A stretch of DNA of 64,000 bases from Candidatus Marinacidobacterales bacterium (GTDB lineage Bacteria > Acidobacteriota > Vicinamibacteria > Marinacidobacterales > SMYC01), in the NCBI GenBank assembly GCA_965237955.1, contig OZ250169.1, positions 7,584,001-7,648,000 on the forward strand, given 5' to 3'. Below the pieces are notes generated by a model that worked only from the letters and a program-made list of their open reading frames with translations, ran no database searches and was not told the origin of the DNA. The position numbers and the translations under genes were made by a program. Each line of letters begins with the position of its first letter. Position 1 is the first letter of the stretch. Shown one piece after another: positions 40,935 to 50,564 of this stretch.

Positions 40935-42200
40935 CTAGTCCCATGGAACAGAAAAAGCTAGACAACGCCGGCCCTCCTGTGATCTGCTAAATGCATGAAA
41001 CACAAGGGCCGGCGAAAAGCCGAATTGAAGCTGTCGTCTCAAGAAAGCGAAGCGCTGACGCGACTGGCGCGACGCAGCCGTAGTTCGCCGCACCAAGCCT
41101 TCCGAGCGAAGATCGTGCTGGATTGCGCGGCGGGTCTGACGAATATGGAAGTTGCTAGGAAGATGCACACCATGAGGAGCACGGTGGGCAAGTGGCGAAG
41201 ACGCTTTGTAGAACAACGAATGGAAGGGTTGTACGACGAACCTCGGCCGGGAGCGGCTCGCAAAATCGGCGATGACCAGATCGAGGAAGTCGTGACCAAG
41301 ACGCTGGCGACGACTCCAAAGGGGAGAACCCATTGGAGTACGCGCTCGATGGCCAAGCATCTTGGGCTGAGTCATTCGACGATTGGACGTATTTGGCGAA
41401 CGTTCGGGCTTCAACCGCACCGCTCGGAATCGTTTCGTCTCTCGCAAGACCCACAACTGGTCGAAAAAGTACGCGACGTTGTTGGCCTGTATATGAACCC
41501 ACCGGATAACGCGGTCGTCCTGTGCGTCGACGAGAAATCGCAGATTCAAGCGCTCGAGCGTGCTCAACCTGTCCTGCCCATGAGCTTGGGCCAGCCCGAG
41601 CGACAAACCCACGACTACATTCGGCATGGAACGACTGACCTGTTTGCCGCACTCGACGCCGCAACAGGTGAAGTCTTCGGAAAGTGCTACGCGCGACATC
41701 GAGCGCTAGAGTTCAAGAAGTTCCTCGCTGAGATCGAAGCAGCCGTTCCCAGCGAGTTGGACATCCACGTCGTGCTCGACAATCTCGCCACGCACAAGAC
41801 ACCGGCGATCAAACGCTGGCTTTCCAAGCGACCTCGCTTCCACTTTCACTTCACACCGACACACGCCTCTTGGCTCAACTTCGCTGAGCGCTTCTTTGGC
41901 TTGCTCACCGAACACGCCTTGCGACGAGGCTCGCACACGAGCGTGCCTCAGCTCCGCGTTGCGATACAAGACTATCTAGGCGCTTTCGGCCAGGGCGAAG
42001 ACCTTCTTCCGGATCAGCGCATGAACTTGCGTCATGACGCGGAGGTCCGTGCGCGAATGCTCACAACGAGAACCCAAAGCCGTTCAAGTGGACGAAATCC
42101 GCCGACCAAATCCTCGAAACCATCGCTCGGTTCGCCCAGCGAACGCTCGATACACATGGCAAATCGAATTTGGGCAGTAATTAAAGATCCAGGGGACTAG
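40935..42200 (+). mobile_element. IS630-family element, copy 2
   Basis: Near-identical to 30192..31380; CTAG target overlaps the putative RBS of the GT2 gene. Confidence 0.92.
40995..42200 (+). pseudogene. IS630 transposase with altered C-terminus (net 77-bp insert at 41978-42056)
   Basis: Nearly identical to copy 1 up to AIQDYL, then foreign sequence and a frameshift. Confidence 0.8.
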
Positions 42201-42329
42201 TCCCCTGGATCTTTGATTACTATACAAAGTTAGGCTTTTCGCCAGCCCATAATATTCATAAGATTCATGCACTTAGAAGGGTTCCGGCAAGCTCTGCTTT
42301 ATCTAGTTTGTTCTGATACAGGGGACTAG
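42197..42329 (-). mobile_element. IS630-type MITE, copy 2
   Basis: Same ~130-bp module as 31377..31509 with a few substitutions. Confidence 0.75.
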
Positions 42330-42602
42330 ACTTAAGCAATCGCAATGCCATCTGCGCTCGTAGCGAACGTCATTCCAACCGATTTAGTTGGATAGGTTTA
42401 GCGGTGCAAGCGCGCGAGCAGTTGACTCCGCTATGGGCATTCCCCTACAACGGCCCGCCGATCCCCACATCAAAATGCGCGATCCCGTGTTAGCATGGCC
42501 GCCCCGTTTCCGGGAAATTCGCGCGACGTTCCTATCTCAATAGAGGGACGACGTCCACCTCCATTCACCGTTGAAAACGAACGAGAGCTAAACTAAGGCG
42601 GC

Positions 42603-43700
42603 ATGGCAGACACGCTGTATGTCCGTCACGGGCGACTCCACTACTTCGTCCGAGAAGTACTGAAACGCCTTCGGGTGCCCGCCACCCACGCCTCGAAAAT
42701 CGGCGACGTGCTCATCGCGGCGGACCTCGCGGGCTTCGAAGGGGAAGGAGTGAGCCGGCTTCCGTTTTTCGCGGCGCGCATCCGAACCGGGCTCGCGAAT
42801 CCCAACCCGAACATTCAAGTCGCCCACCAGGAGGAAGCGACCGCGACCCTCGATGGCGACAACGGAATGGGTCATGTCGTCGCGTTGCGCTCGATGGATC
42901 TCGCTATCGAGCTCGCGAAGCAGTTCGGGGTCTCCGCCGTGGCCGCGAAGAACAGCAACGATTTCGGAATGGCGGGCTACTACGCACGCCTCGCACTCGA
43001 AGAACAAATGGTCGGCATCGTCATGTCGAACGCGCCTCCAGCGATGTTACCGACCTACGGCAAGACCCCGATGCTGGGTGAGAACCCGCTCGCCATTGCA
43101 ATCCCGGCAGCGGAAGACGCGGCCCCGTTCGTTCTCGATATCGCCACCAGCGGAACGTCGCGCCATCAGCTCGAAGACGCGCTCAGGCGTGGCGAGACGA
43201 TCCCCGCCGGACTCGCGCTCGATGCCTCGGGGGCGATGACCCAGGACCCGAAGGCCGCGCTCGAAGCCATGCGTCTATTGCCGCTCGGTGGAGCGCCGGA
43301 AACGGGCTCGCACAAAGGCTTTGGTCTGGCCCTCGCGATCGACATCCTCTGCGGCGTAGTTTCCGGTGGTCAATTCGGACGGGATCTCGCCGGTGCCGAA
43401 GGCACGCATCAAGACGTCGCCGGAATCGGGCATTTTTTCATCGCGGTACGGCTCCGCGCCTTCGGCCCCTGGATCAAGTTCCGGAACCGCATCAAAGACA
43501 TGATGCGACAGCTCACCGGCTCGCCGGCGACGGGAGCACCGCGCGTTTACTACCCGGGCGAAGCGGAGTTCGACATCGAGCAAGAGCGCCGCGCCACCGG
43601 AATCCCCATCGACCCCGCAACAGCATCAGGGCTCGAGGGCCTCGCACGCCAGCTGGACGTCCACGATTCGTGGAAGCATTTGGTGGAGGGCCGTAAGTAA
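42603..43700 (+). CDS. Ldh_2 family (malate/L-lactate/ureidoglycolate dehydrogenase-like) oxidoreductase
   Basis: LDGDNGMGH, GMAGYYA, GENPLAIAIP, LDIATS, HKGFGLA, YPGE. Confidence 0.88.
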   Translation: MADTLYVRHGRLHYFVREVLKRLRVPATHASKIGDVLIAADLAGFEGEGVSRLPFFAARIRTGLANPNPNIQVAHQEEATATLDGDNGMGHVVALRSMDLAIELAKQFGVSAVAAKNSNDFGMAGYYARLALEEQMVGIVMSNAPPAMLPTYGKTPMLGENPLAIAIPAAEDAAPFVLDIATSGTSRHQLEDALRRGETIPAGLALDASGAMTQDPKAALEAMRLLPLGGAPETGSHKGFGLALAIDILCGVVSGGQFGRDLAGAEGTHQDVAGIGHFFIAVRLRAFGPWIKFRNRIKDMMRQLTGSPATGAPRVYYPGEAEFDIEQERRATGIPIDPATASGLEGLARQLDVHDSWKHLVEGRK

Positions 43701-43713
43701 GTATTCGCTTGCG

Positions 43714-43853
43714 GCGGTATACGGCATACGGTCCAAATCGCGTCGTGCCTGTAAACAGGCGTGTCGCTTACCGGCGGAACGGTGCTCGATATCGGACGAC
43801 GCCGTTTACCGGGAGGGCGTGGATTGAACTGTATGCGGTATGCCGTATACCGC
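43714..43853. repeat. tandem-inverted repeat element with 7-bp units (CGGYATA)
   Basis: gcggtatacggcatac (43714-29) perfectly inverted at 43838-53; imperfect inner stem; between convergent genes. Confidence 0.75.
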
Positions 43854-45874
43854 TACCGATGAAGAAACGAAGCCTTTGATCGGGGCCCATTCTTGATGAA
43901 GTTGTCCACGCCGATGCGCATGTCCTCGAGCGCGCAGATCTCTCCGAAGCATTTGCACTCGAAACGTAAACCTTCAGCGAGCGACATGCGCGCGCCTTCC
44001 AGGATCGCTTTTTGAAGGACGGCGTCGACCGCGCGTGACAAGTGCCCGAGGTCAACCTCGGGCAGATCGTCAGGAACTTCGATTGGATCCGAGGGAATGG
44101 AAGCCAGCGTGGTCTTCCCATCGGCGGCGTCGTTGGCGAGTGCAACGGCGGCAGCGACGACGTCGCCTTCGACTTCCTCTTGAATCAGGCCGAGCTTCAG
44201 CGCTTCCGCGCTCGAGATCGGGCGGCCGGTGCGCAACAACGGCCACGCGTTCCGAAGCCCAATCCACCTAGGAAGCCGCTGGGTGGCTCCGGCGCCAGGA
44301 ATAATGCCGAGGTTGGGCTCGGGTTGCGCAGCGAGCGGCGCAATACCTTTTCGTGCAATGCGTGCGTGGCACGCCATCCCGAGCTCGTTCCCGCCCCCGA
44401 AAGCGAGCCCGTTGTAGGCGCACACGACGGGCAACGGAGCCGATTCGATCTTGTCGAGCACGGCATGAGAGCCGAGCGACGTTCGCTCCCCCTGTTCCGC
44501 GGAGTCGATGCGCGCGAGCATGGTGACATCCGCTCCCGACACGAACGCCTTTCGACCGAAGCCCGTCAACACCACGCCACGCATCGACTCATCGGTAGCG
44601 ATCGCGTCAAAGTGGCGTTCGATCTGATCGAACACATCCTGATTGAGGGCGTTCAAGACCTGCGGTCGTCGGATCGTTAGCACGGCGATACCGTCCTCGT
44701 CACGCCTGAGAACATACGGGATGTCCCAAGGCTCGCCCGACGCGGCCTGTTCGACGAGCTTCTCGCCGACGGGGAAGCTATCGTGCACACGCCGATAAGC
44801 GCGCACTTTCTCGAGCGCCGCGTTCAGCCCGAGCTCGTTCATGAACGCGAACGGCGGGCGGATGACGAGTCCAATCTCGGCGCCGAGCTCGAGATCGGCG
44901 ATGGTCGCGATGCCACTCGAAGCCACCTCGTTCACCAGTCCGAAGTAGGCGCCTACCATGCGCTCTTCGATGACCTTGGCCCGATCGGGCTCGACCTCGA
45001 CGTTCTCTCCCCGCGCGGGCACGTCCCACGCCTCGCCCGAAGCCATCGCGTCTTTCAGGATCGCGGGCGTCTCGAACCACGGGTTCACGCGGTGATGCGC
45101 TTCGTCGAGACCGTGTGATGTGATCGGGTTGCCGCCGGTGAGGTTCATCGCGGTGAACGGACCGACGCCGAGCCCGAGGACCTTCCTCACCACCGAGTCG
45201 ACTTCTTTCACCGAGCCTAAGCCTTCCTCGACCGCGAGCGCCGCTGCCTGGAACAACCCTTCGAAAACGGGATCGATCGCGTAGCCGTAGCGGCTTCCGA
45301 CGCGAATCGGAACTTTGCCGATAGCTTCGTAGAACGCGAGGAGCCACGCGGCCACGTCCTCACCCGTTTTCTCCGCGGGAACGATCTCGACGAGCGGGTT
45401 CCTCTCGGCGGGGAAAAAGTAATGGATCACGAGCGATCGAGACGCGCCTCGCGCCCGCTCGAAAATCCGTTCGGGCTCAAGATGGGAGGAGTTCGACGCA
45501 AGGATGCCGTCCGCCGATACGAGGTCTTCGAGCTGGGCGAAGATGCGGCGCTTGAGCTCGAGGTCTTCGGCCGCCGCTTCGATCATGAAATCGGCCCCGC
45601 GCAACGCTTCATAGTCCTCAGTAAACGTCACGTTGTCCTTCATCGCGCGCGCGCGCTCGGGGGTGAACGCCTTGGTCGCGACGCCTTTATCGACTTTCTT
45701 GTCGAGCTTGAGACGTCCGGCACGAAGTGGCTCGGGCGCGATGTCGACGACGACCACGGAAACGCCCTCGGGCTCGAGGACCTTCGACATGTGGAGAGCG
45801 ATATCGGGTCCGATCTGTCCCGAGCCCACGATACCGATCTTGTTCAAGGTTCGCGATCCCAGCGTGTACGCCAA
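43853..45874 (-). CDS. 3-hydroxyacyl-CoA dehydrogenase / enoyl-CoA hydratase fusion
   Basis: GSGQIG, EAAAEDLELK, SNSSHL, HYFFPA; C-terminal LNALN, FVSGAD, AFGGGNEL, PEPNLGIIPGAGATQRLPR. Confidence 0.92.
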   Translation of the reverse strand: MAYTLGSRTLNKIGIVGSGQIGPDIALHMSKVLEPEGVSVVVVDIAPEPLRAGRLKLDKKVDKGVATKAFTPERARAMKDNVTFTEDYEALRGADFMIEAAAEDLELKRRIFAQLEDLVSADGILASNSSHLEPERIFERARGASRSLVIHYFFPAERNPLVEIVPAEKTGEDVAAWLLAFYEAIGKVPIRVGSRYGYAIDPVFEGLFQAAALAVEEGLGSVKEVDSVVRKVLGLGVGPFTAMNLTGGNPITSHGLDEAHHRVNPWFETPAILKDAMASGEAWDVPARGENVEVEPDRAKVIEERMVGAYFGLVNEVASSGIATIADLELGAEIGLVIRPPFAFMNELGLNAALEKVRAYRRVHDSFPVGEKLVEQAASGEPWDIPYVLRRDEDGIAVLTIRRPQVLNALNQDVFDQIERHFDAIATDESMRGVVLTGFGRKAFVSGADVTMLARIDSAEQGERTSLGSHAVLDKIESAPLPVVCAYNGLAFGGGNELGMACHARIARKGIAPLAAQPEPNLGIIPGAGATQRLPRWIGLRNAWPLLRTGRPISSAEALKLGLIQEEVEGDVVAAAVALANDAADGKTTLASIPSDPIEVPDDLPEVDLGHLSRAVDAVLQKAILEGARMSLAEGLRFECKCFGEICALEDMRIGVDNFIKNGPRSKASFLHR

Positions 45875-45887
45875 AACCCACCTCCGG

Positions 45888-46083
45888 TTACGCGGACGTG
45901 CGCGCCATCAACCCGGCGTGTTTGTCGAGAACCGAGAGCAGCGCATCGATGTCGTCCGCCACGTTGTAATAATGAAAGCTGACCCTTTCGAAGTAGCTGA
46001 AGTATCGCGCGAAGTAGACGATCTGCGCGAGGTCGACGTCCGACCATGGGATACGGTGTTCGATGGTGAATGCTTCCGCAACG
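45888..46083 (-). pseudogene. chimeric remnant: acyl-CoA thioesterase N-terminus fused to class V aminotransferase-like C-terminus
   Basis: FTIEHRIPWSDVDLAQIVYFARYFSYFE joined in frame to RVSFHYYNVADDIDALL..*. Confidence 0.6.
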
Positions 46084-46085
46084 TG

Positions 46086-46124
46086 AGCGCGCCCCGCCGG
46101 TTTCGACGGGGCGCGCTATTTTAT
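46086..46124. terminator. GC-rich hairpin, possible terminator
   Basis: agcgcgccccg / cggggcgcgct 11-bp stem followed by attttat. Confidence 0.4.
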
Positions 46125-46125
46125 C

Positions 46126-46166
46126 TCAGCTGTCGGCCATCAGCCGTCGGCTATCAGCCATCAGCT
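46126..46166. repeat. 7-bp tandem repeat (TCRGCYR x6) at a stop codon
   Basis: tcagctg tcggcca tcagccg tcggcta tcagcca tcagct; the last unit contains the TGA of 46161..47669. Confidence 0.8.
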
Positions 46167-47669
46167 CGTCTTCAAGCTGTTGCGCCACTCCTCGATTTGC
46201 TTCGCGGCGATGTCTCGGCCACCGAGACCGAAGGCGATCGCGGCCGCGACCGCGAACGAGCCGAGCACGAGCCCGAAGGCCAACTCGATGATCTCGTTGG
46301 CGATCCCCATTTGCCGCAGCGCAATCGCGGCCGAGAGCACGAGGATACCGATGCGGGCCGCGGTGGCGAGAAGCCCTGCTTGGGCATGGCCGCTCGCGCG
46401 GATCGTGCCCGCCGCCACGTTCGCGAGAAACAGACCGACGCCGAACACGATGATTCCGAGGGCGAGCTGCCCGGCGAACTCGAGTAGGCGTGCCAAGAGC
46501 ACGGCCAGGCTTTCGAAGCCGAGAAGCCCAGCCGCTTCGATGGAAGCGAACAGCATGATCACGGTGAGGAGCAGAGCCCCGGCGAGCTCCGACGGCCGCT
46601 TGGCGTCATCGACAGCGGTAGCTCTCGATAGGCCGAGTTTCTGAAGCACCGAATCGAACCCCGCACCCGCGAGAACACCGGAGAGAAGCTGCGACACCAG
46701 GCGGCCGACGTAGAACGCGAGCGCGAGAAGGACACCGGCGGCGAACACGCGCGGGAGGGCATCGAGGACCTGTCCGAGCATGTTGCTCGCGGGTCGGGTG
46801 ATGGCCTCGAGCGCGAGCGCGTTCAGAGACGACAAGAGCACGTTGAACAAGATGAACACGTAGACGACGAGACCCACGAGACCCGACAGCTTCCGCGTGC
46901 CGAGGGCGGTCCCCAACCCGATTTTCTCGCCGAGCTTGTCGACGCCGACCGCGGCGAGCAAATTCGTGACGATGCGCTGCACGATGCGAGCGATGAGCCA
47001 GCCGGCGGCGAGAATAACGCCGGCGGCGAGCACGTTGGGCAGGAACGTGAGCAGCCGATCCATCATCCCTTGAACGGGCTCGAGGAGCCCGCCGAGCTGT
47101 AACGTGCCCAGGACGATGGGCAGGAACAAAAGGAAGACGAGCCAATAGAGGCCATCACCGAGCGTTCTCCCGATCGCCGGCTCGGCTCCCGCCTCGAGTC
47201 CAGCCTCACCTACGACTTTTTCGTCGAGGCGCCATCGATCGGCTGCCACCGAGACTGTCTTCTTAGCAACGGTCGCCACCACCCACGCCACCGCGACCAG
47301 CATCGCCGCGCCGAGAAGCTGCGGCACGTAGTCGAAGACTTTGTTCAAAAGCGTCAGAATCGGCTCGCTGACGACCGTGAGCTGAAGGGTGTTGAAGAAA
47401 AGAACGAGCACGAACAGCAGCAAGATGTAGTAGACGCCCTTGGCGACCCACCGTTCTACCTCGAATTTGCCCCCCTTCTCTTCGCCGAGCACCCACGTCG
47501 CGATGCGGTTGTCGATGGTCGTACGCTCGAGTGCTTTGCGAACGCCCCAGGCGACGATCCGCGCGAAGAGCCAACCTACGAACAAGACGACAACAGCGAC
47601 GAGGACACGCAACACTTGCGGTCCAAAAACCTCCGCTAATTGCGGCAACATTGCTTCTAATGAACCCAT
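46161..47669 (-). CDS. TM-helix repeat membrane protein (CmpX / mechanosensitive channel-like)
   Basis: Repeated L..LP..LAA.VIL..GW.IA units; C-terminal AIAFGLGGRD.A. Confidence 0.85.
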   Translation of the reverse strand: MGSLEAMLPQLAEVFGPQVLRVLVAVVVLFVGWLFARIVAWGVRKALERTTIDNRIATWVLGEEKGGKFEVERWVAKGVYYILLLFVLVLFFNTLQLTVVSEPILTLLNKVFDYVPQLLGAAMLVAVAWVVATVAKKTVSVAADRWRLDEKVVGEAGLEAGAEPAIGRTLGDGLYWLVFLLFLPIVLGTLQLGGLLEPVQGMMDRLLTFLPNVLAAGVILAAGWLIARIVQRIVTNLLAAVGVDKLGEKIGLGTALGTRKLSGLVGLVVYVFILFNVLLSSLNALALEAITRPASNMLGQVLDALPRVFAAGVLLALAFYVGRLVSQLLSGVLAGAGFDSVLQKLGLSRATAVDDAKRPSELAGALLLTVIMLFASIEAAGLLGFESLAVLLARLLEFAGQLALGIIVFGVGLFLANVAAGTIRASGHAQAGLLATAARIGILVLSAAIALRQMGIANEIIELAFGLVLGSFAVAAAIAFGLGGRDIAAKQIEEWRNSLKTS

Positions 47670-47776
47670 TGTGACTTCCTCCTTGGTTCCGAGTTGCGCG
47701 GCTGCAATCGATATCCCAGGTGAGAGTTGCTGAGAGTTGCTTGGTGCAGACGGTGCGAAGGAGTATATATCACCTC

Positions 47777-50539
47777 ATGAAGTATCGGGAGCTTCGGTTC
47801 GCGCGCGTTTTAGTTCTGGTATTGAACGCGACGGGAGCCTTCGCGTCCACGTTCGAGCTGACCGGCACGGTACTCGATGAGTCCGGCGTCGAGCTTGCGG
47901 GTGCAACGTTGACGCTCGTCCACGAGGGCACGGGGCTCGTCCGCACCACGACGAGCAACGACTCGGGTCGCTACGCCTTTCCCGCGATGCCGCCCGGCGA
48001 GTACTCGCTGGTCGTGCGACTTTCCGGATTCGCCACGTCGCGCTTTGCCGGGCTTCGCTACTTCGCCGAAACGAAGCCCATCTTCAACGTCAGATTGAAT
48101 CTTCGCGCGGTCCAAGAATCGATGACGTTCACCGGCGAGGCGCCGCTCATCAACGTAAGCCAGTCGCAGCTCGGCCTTTCGGTGGAAGAGCGTCAGCTTC
48201 ACGAGCTACCGCTGACGCGCCGCGACTACCTGGAGCTCGCAACCGTCGAAGGAGGCGTGCACGAAATCAACGAATCCGTCCCGGGTGCTGTCGTCTACGG
48301 AGCGCGGCTTACGACGGTGAACGGCGCGAACGCGCACTACACCTCGTACCACCTCGACGGCTTTGGAAACACGCGCGATCAGCACGGCGTCGTTCATGTC
48401 GATGTCGACCTGAGCGCCATCGAGGAGTTCCGCGTCATCAGCGGTCAGTTCTCGGCGGAGTACGGACAAAGTCTCACCGGTATCGTGAGCGCGACCACTC
48501 GATCCGGCACCAATGATTTCCATGGAAGCATTTTTGCCTACCTGCGTCCCGGTAGCTGGGACGCGAGCGACCCGCTGACCGGCACCGACACCGCGCTCAA
48601 TCGTCAGGAGCTCGGCTTCACTTTTTCCGGCCCCATCCGCGAAGATCGCACCCAGTTTTTCACCAGCTACTCGTACCAAAACCAGGACGACGACGTGGTC
48701 GTGACGGCACCGTACGGCGACGGGCGTTTCGGCGGGCTTTTCGAGCTTCCGTCGAGCCGTCATCGGTTTCTGGTGAAGCTGACCCATCTGTTCGACTCAC
48801 GGCATCAGCTCGCCGTGAAAGCAGCGTTTTCCGAGCGCAACAGCTTGGAGAGTGTAGGTGGCTACGACATCTTCGATAACCGCCTCGAGACGTTGAACGA
48901 GGATGCCTCGGTGTACGCGACATTCGTCTCCGAGCTCGGGAGCGGTTCGAGCGAGCTCCGATTCGGATTCGCGAGGGAGCGGTTTCGCACCCGAGGTCAA
49001 AAGCCGCCGCTCGGCGCCGTCGAGATCCATCCGACGCTCGGCAACATCGGCAACCCGATGCGTTTTCAACGGGCAGACGAGGACCACTTCGAAGTCTCCG
49101 AGACGTTGACGCTTCCCACGGGAGACCATCGTCTCAAAATCGGTTTCAACTTCCTTCGCATCGGAAGCACTACCGAGCTCGAACGCTACAGCGACGGCGT
49201 TCTCTTTTTCCCTCCAACTGGCGTCGACGGCCCACTGCTTCTTTGGCGAAACTTCACCGGTGCCGACGCGGAGATTCTCGAGCGCAGCGAGAGTCACGTT
49301 CAAGTTTTTTTTCAGGACGACTGGCAGGTCACGCCGTTTTTCACCGTAAACCTGGGCCTGCGCTGGGAGAAAGAGACTTCCGTTCCCGACAACGGAAACA
49401 TCGCACCTCGGCTCGGGTTTCACTGGGACGCGACCCAAGATGGCCGCACATCAGTACGTGGCGGCTACGGAATCTTCTATAGCTTCGTCTTTTCGATCGT
49501 CGACTCACTCGAGCGCCTCTACGGTGTCGGGGGCCACCAAGTGGTTGCCTTCACCGACGACGACATCGACGATGCCTTCTTCAACCCGGCATTGTTGTCA
49601 CCGAACTTCTATGTCGATGCTGTCGAATGGGCACAAGCGTCCCGGCAGGCACCTTCCTCCCAACACGTCACCATCGGCATCGAGCGCGAGCTCGTACCGA
49701 CGGTTACGGCCGCCGTCGACGTGAGCTACGTTCGCGGAAAAAGCCTCATTCTGCCCGTCGACCTCAACGCACCTGAATTTTTCGACTACACCACGGGCGA
49801 CATCCGTTCCGGAAATGCCGCTGACCGTGCCCGACCCTTCGGCGTGCCCGGCGCGCCCATCGCTCGCGGCATGGTGCCCGAGCTTCCCGACGGCTATCCG
49901 TTCGGTGGGTACCGCGATCTGTATCTGTTGTCGTCCGCGGGCTCGAGTCGTTTCTGGAGCGTCAAGGTCAACGTGACCAAGCGCTACGCGACCGACTTCT
50001 TGATCCAGGCCGTCTACAACTGGTCGCGTACCGAAAACGACGGCGACAACTTCCGCGTCAGCGAATCACTTGCTCTGGATCCGGCGCGGCCGGAGCTCGA
50101 GTGGGGTCGAAGTACAACCGATATCCCGCACTCTTTCGTGATCAATGGTGTTTGGGACGCTCCTCTCGGTCTGCGGTTGACGGGTTTGTTCCGAGCGCGT
50201 TCGGGTCGCCCGGTCGATCCACGCGTCGACGCGGATTTGGACGGGGACCGCAAGCTACGCGAGCGCGCGTCGAGCCCCGGCGCCATTTTGGAGAGAAACA
50301 GCTTCCGTATCGGCTCGGTCGCGTCGCTCGATCTCTCCATCGCCAAGGAGTGGGAATTCGGCGAAGGGCGGCGTGTCGCAGCCGCGCTCGACGTGTTCAA
50401 CCTGACCAACCGCCTCAACCCGAAGCAATATCTGCAGTCGTACGGGGCTCGCTCAGATCAGCCGCTTCCGGCATTTCTTCAGATCGTCCAGGCGAGCCCG
50501 CCCCGCCAGTTCCAGCTTTCCGTCCGCTTCACGTTTTAG
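47777..50539 (+). CDS. TonB-dependent receptor, Oar-type, with carboxypeptidase regulatory-like domain
   Basis: GTVLDESG, LPLTRRDY, AIEEFRV, FSAEYG, TRSGTNDFHGS, FFQDDW, NLGLRWE, APRLG, terminal RFTF. Confidence 0.9.
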   Translation: MKYRELRFARVLVLVLNATGAFASTFELTGTVLDESGVELAGATLTLVHEGTGLVRTTTSNDSGRYAFPAMPPGEYSLVVRLSGFATSRFAGLRYFAETKPIFNVRLNLRAVQESMTFTGEAPLINVSQSQLGLSVEERQLHELPLTRRDYLELATVEGGVHEINESVPGAVVYGARLTTVNGANAHYTSYHLDGFGNTRDQHGVVHVDVDLSAIEEFRVISGQFSAEYGQSLTGIVSATTRSGTNDFHGSIFAYLRPGSWDASDPLTGTDTALNRQELGFTFSGPIREDRTQFFTSYSYQNQDDDVVVTAPYGDGRFGGLFELPSSRHRFLVKLTHLFDSRHQLAVKAAFSERNSLESVGGYDIFDNRLETLNEDASVYATFVSELGSGSSELRFGFARERFRTRGQKPPLGAVEIHPTLGNIGNPMRFQRADEDHFEVSETLTLPTGDHRLKIGFNFLRIGSTTELERYSDGVLFFPPTGVDGPLLLWRNFTGADAEILERSESHVQVFFQDDWQVTPFFTVNLGLRWEKETSVPDNGNIAPRLGFHWDATQDGRTSVRGGYGIFYSFVFSIVDSLERLYGVGGHQVVAFTDDDIDDAFFNPALLSPNFYVDAVEWAQASRQAPSSQHVTIGIERELVPTVTAAVDVSYVRGKSLILPVDLNAPEFFDYTTGDIRSGNAADRARPFGVPGAPIARGMVPELPDGYPFGGYRDLYLLSSAGSSRFWSVKVNVTKRYATDFLIQAVYNWSRTENDGDNFRVSESLALDPARPELEWGRSTTDIPHSFVINGVWDAPLGLRLTGLFRARSGRPVDPRVDADLDGDRKLRERASSPGAILERNSFRIGSVASLDLSIAKEWEFGEGRRVAAALDVFNLTNRLNPKQYLQSYGARSDQPLPAFLQIVQASPPRQFQLSVRFTF

Positions 50540-50564
50540 GAGTCGTGGGATAGAGTCCGGCCGA

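Noticed and set aside
46126-46166. Short repeat arrays as CRISPR
   Set aside because: Units are 7-10 bp without spacers; no 25-45 bp repeat-spacer pattern and no cas genes.
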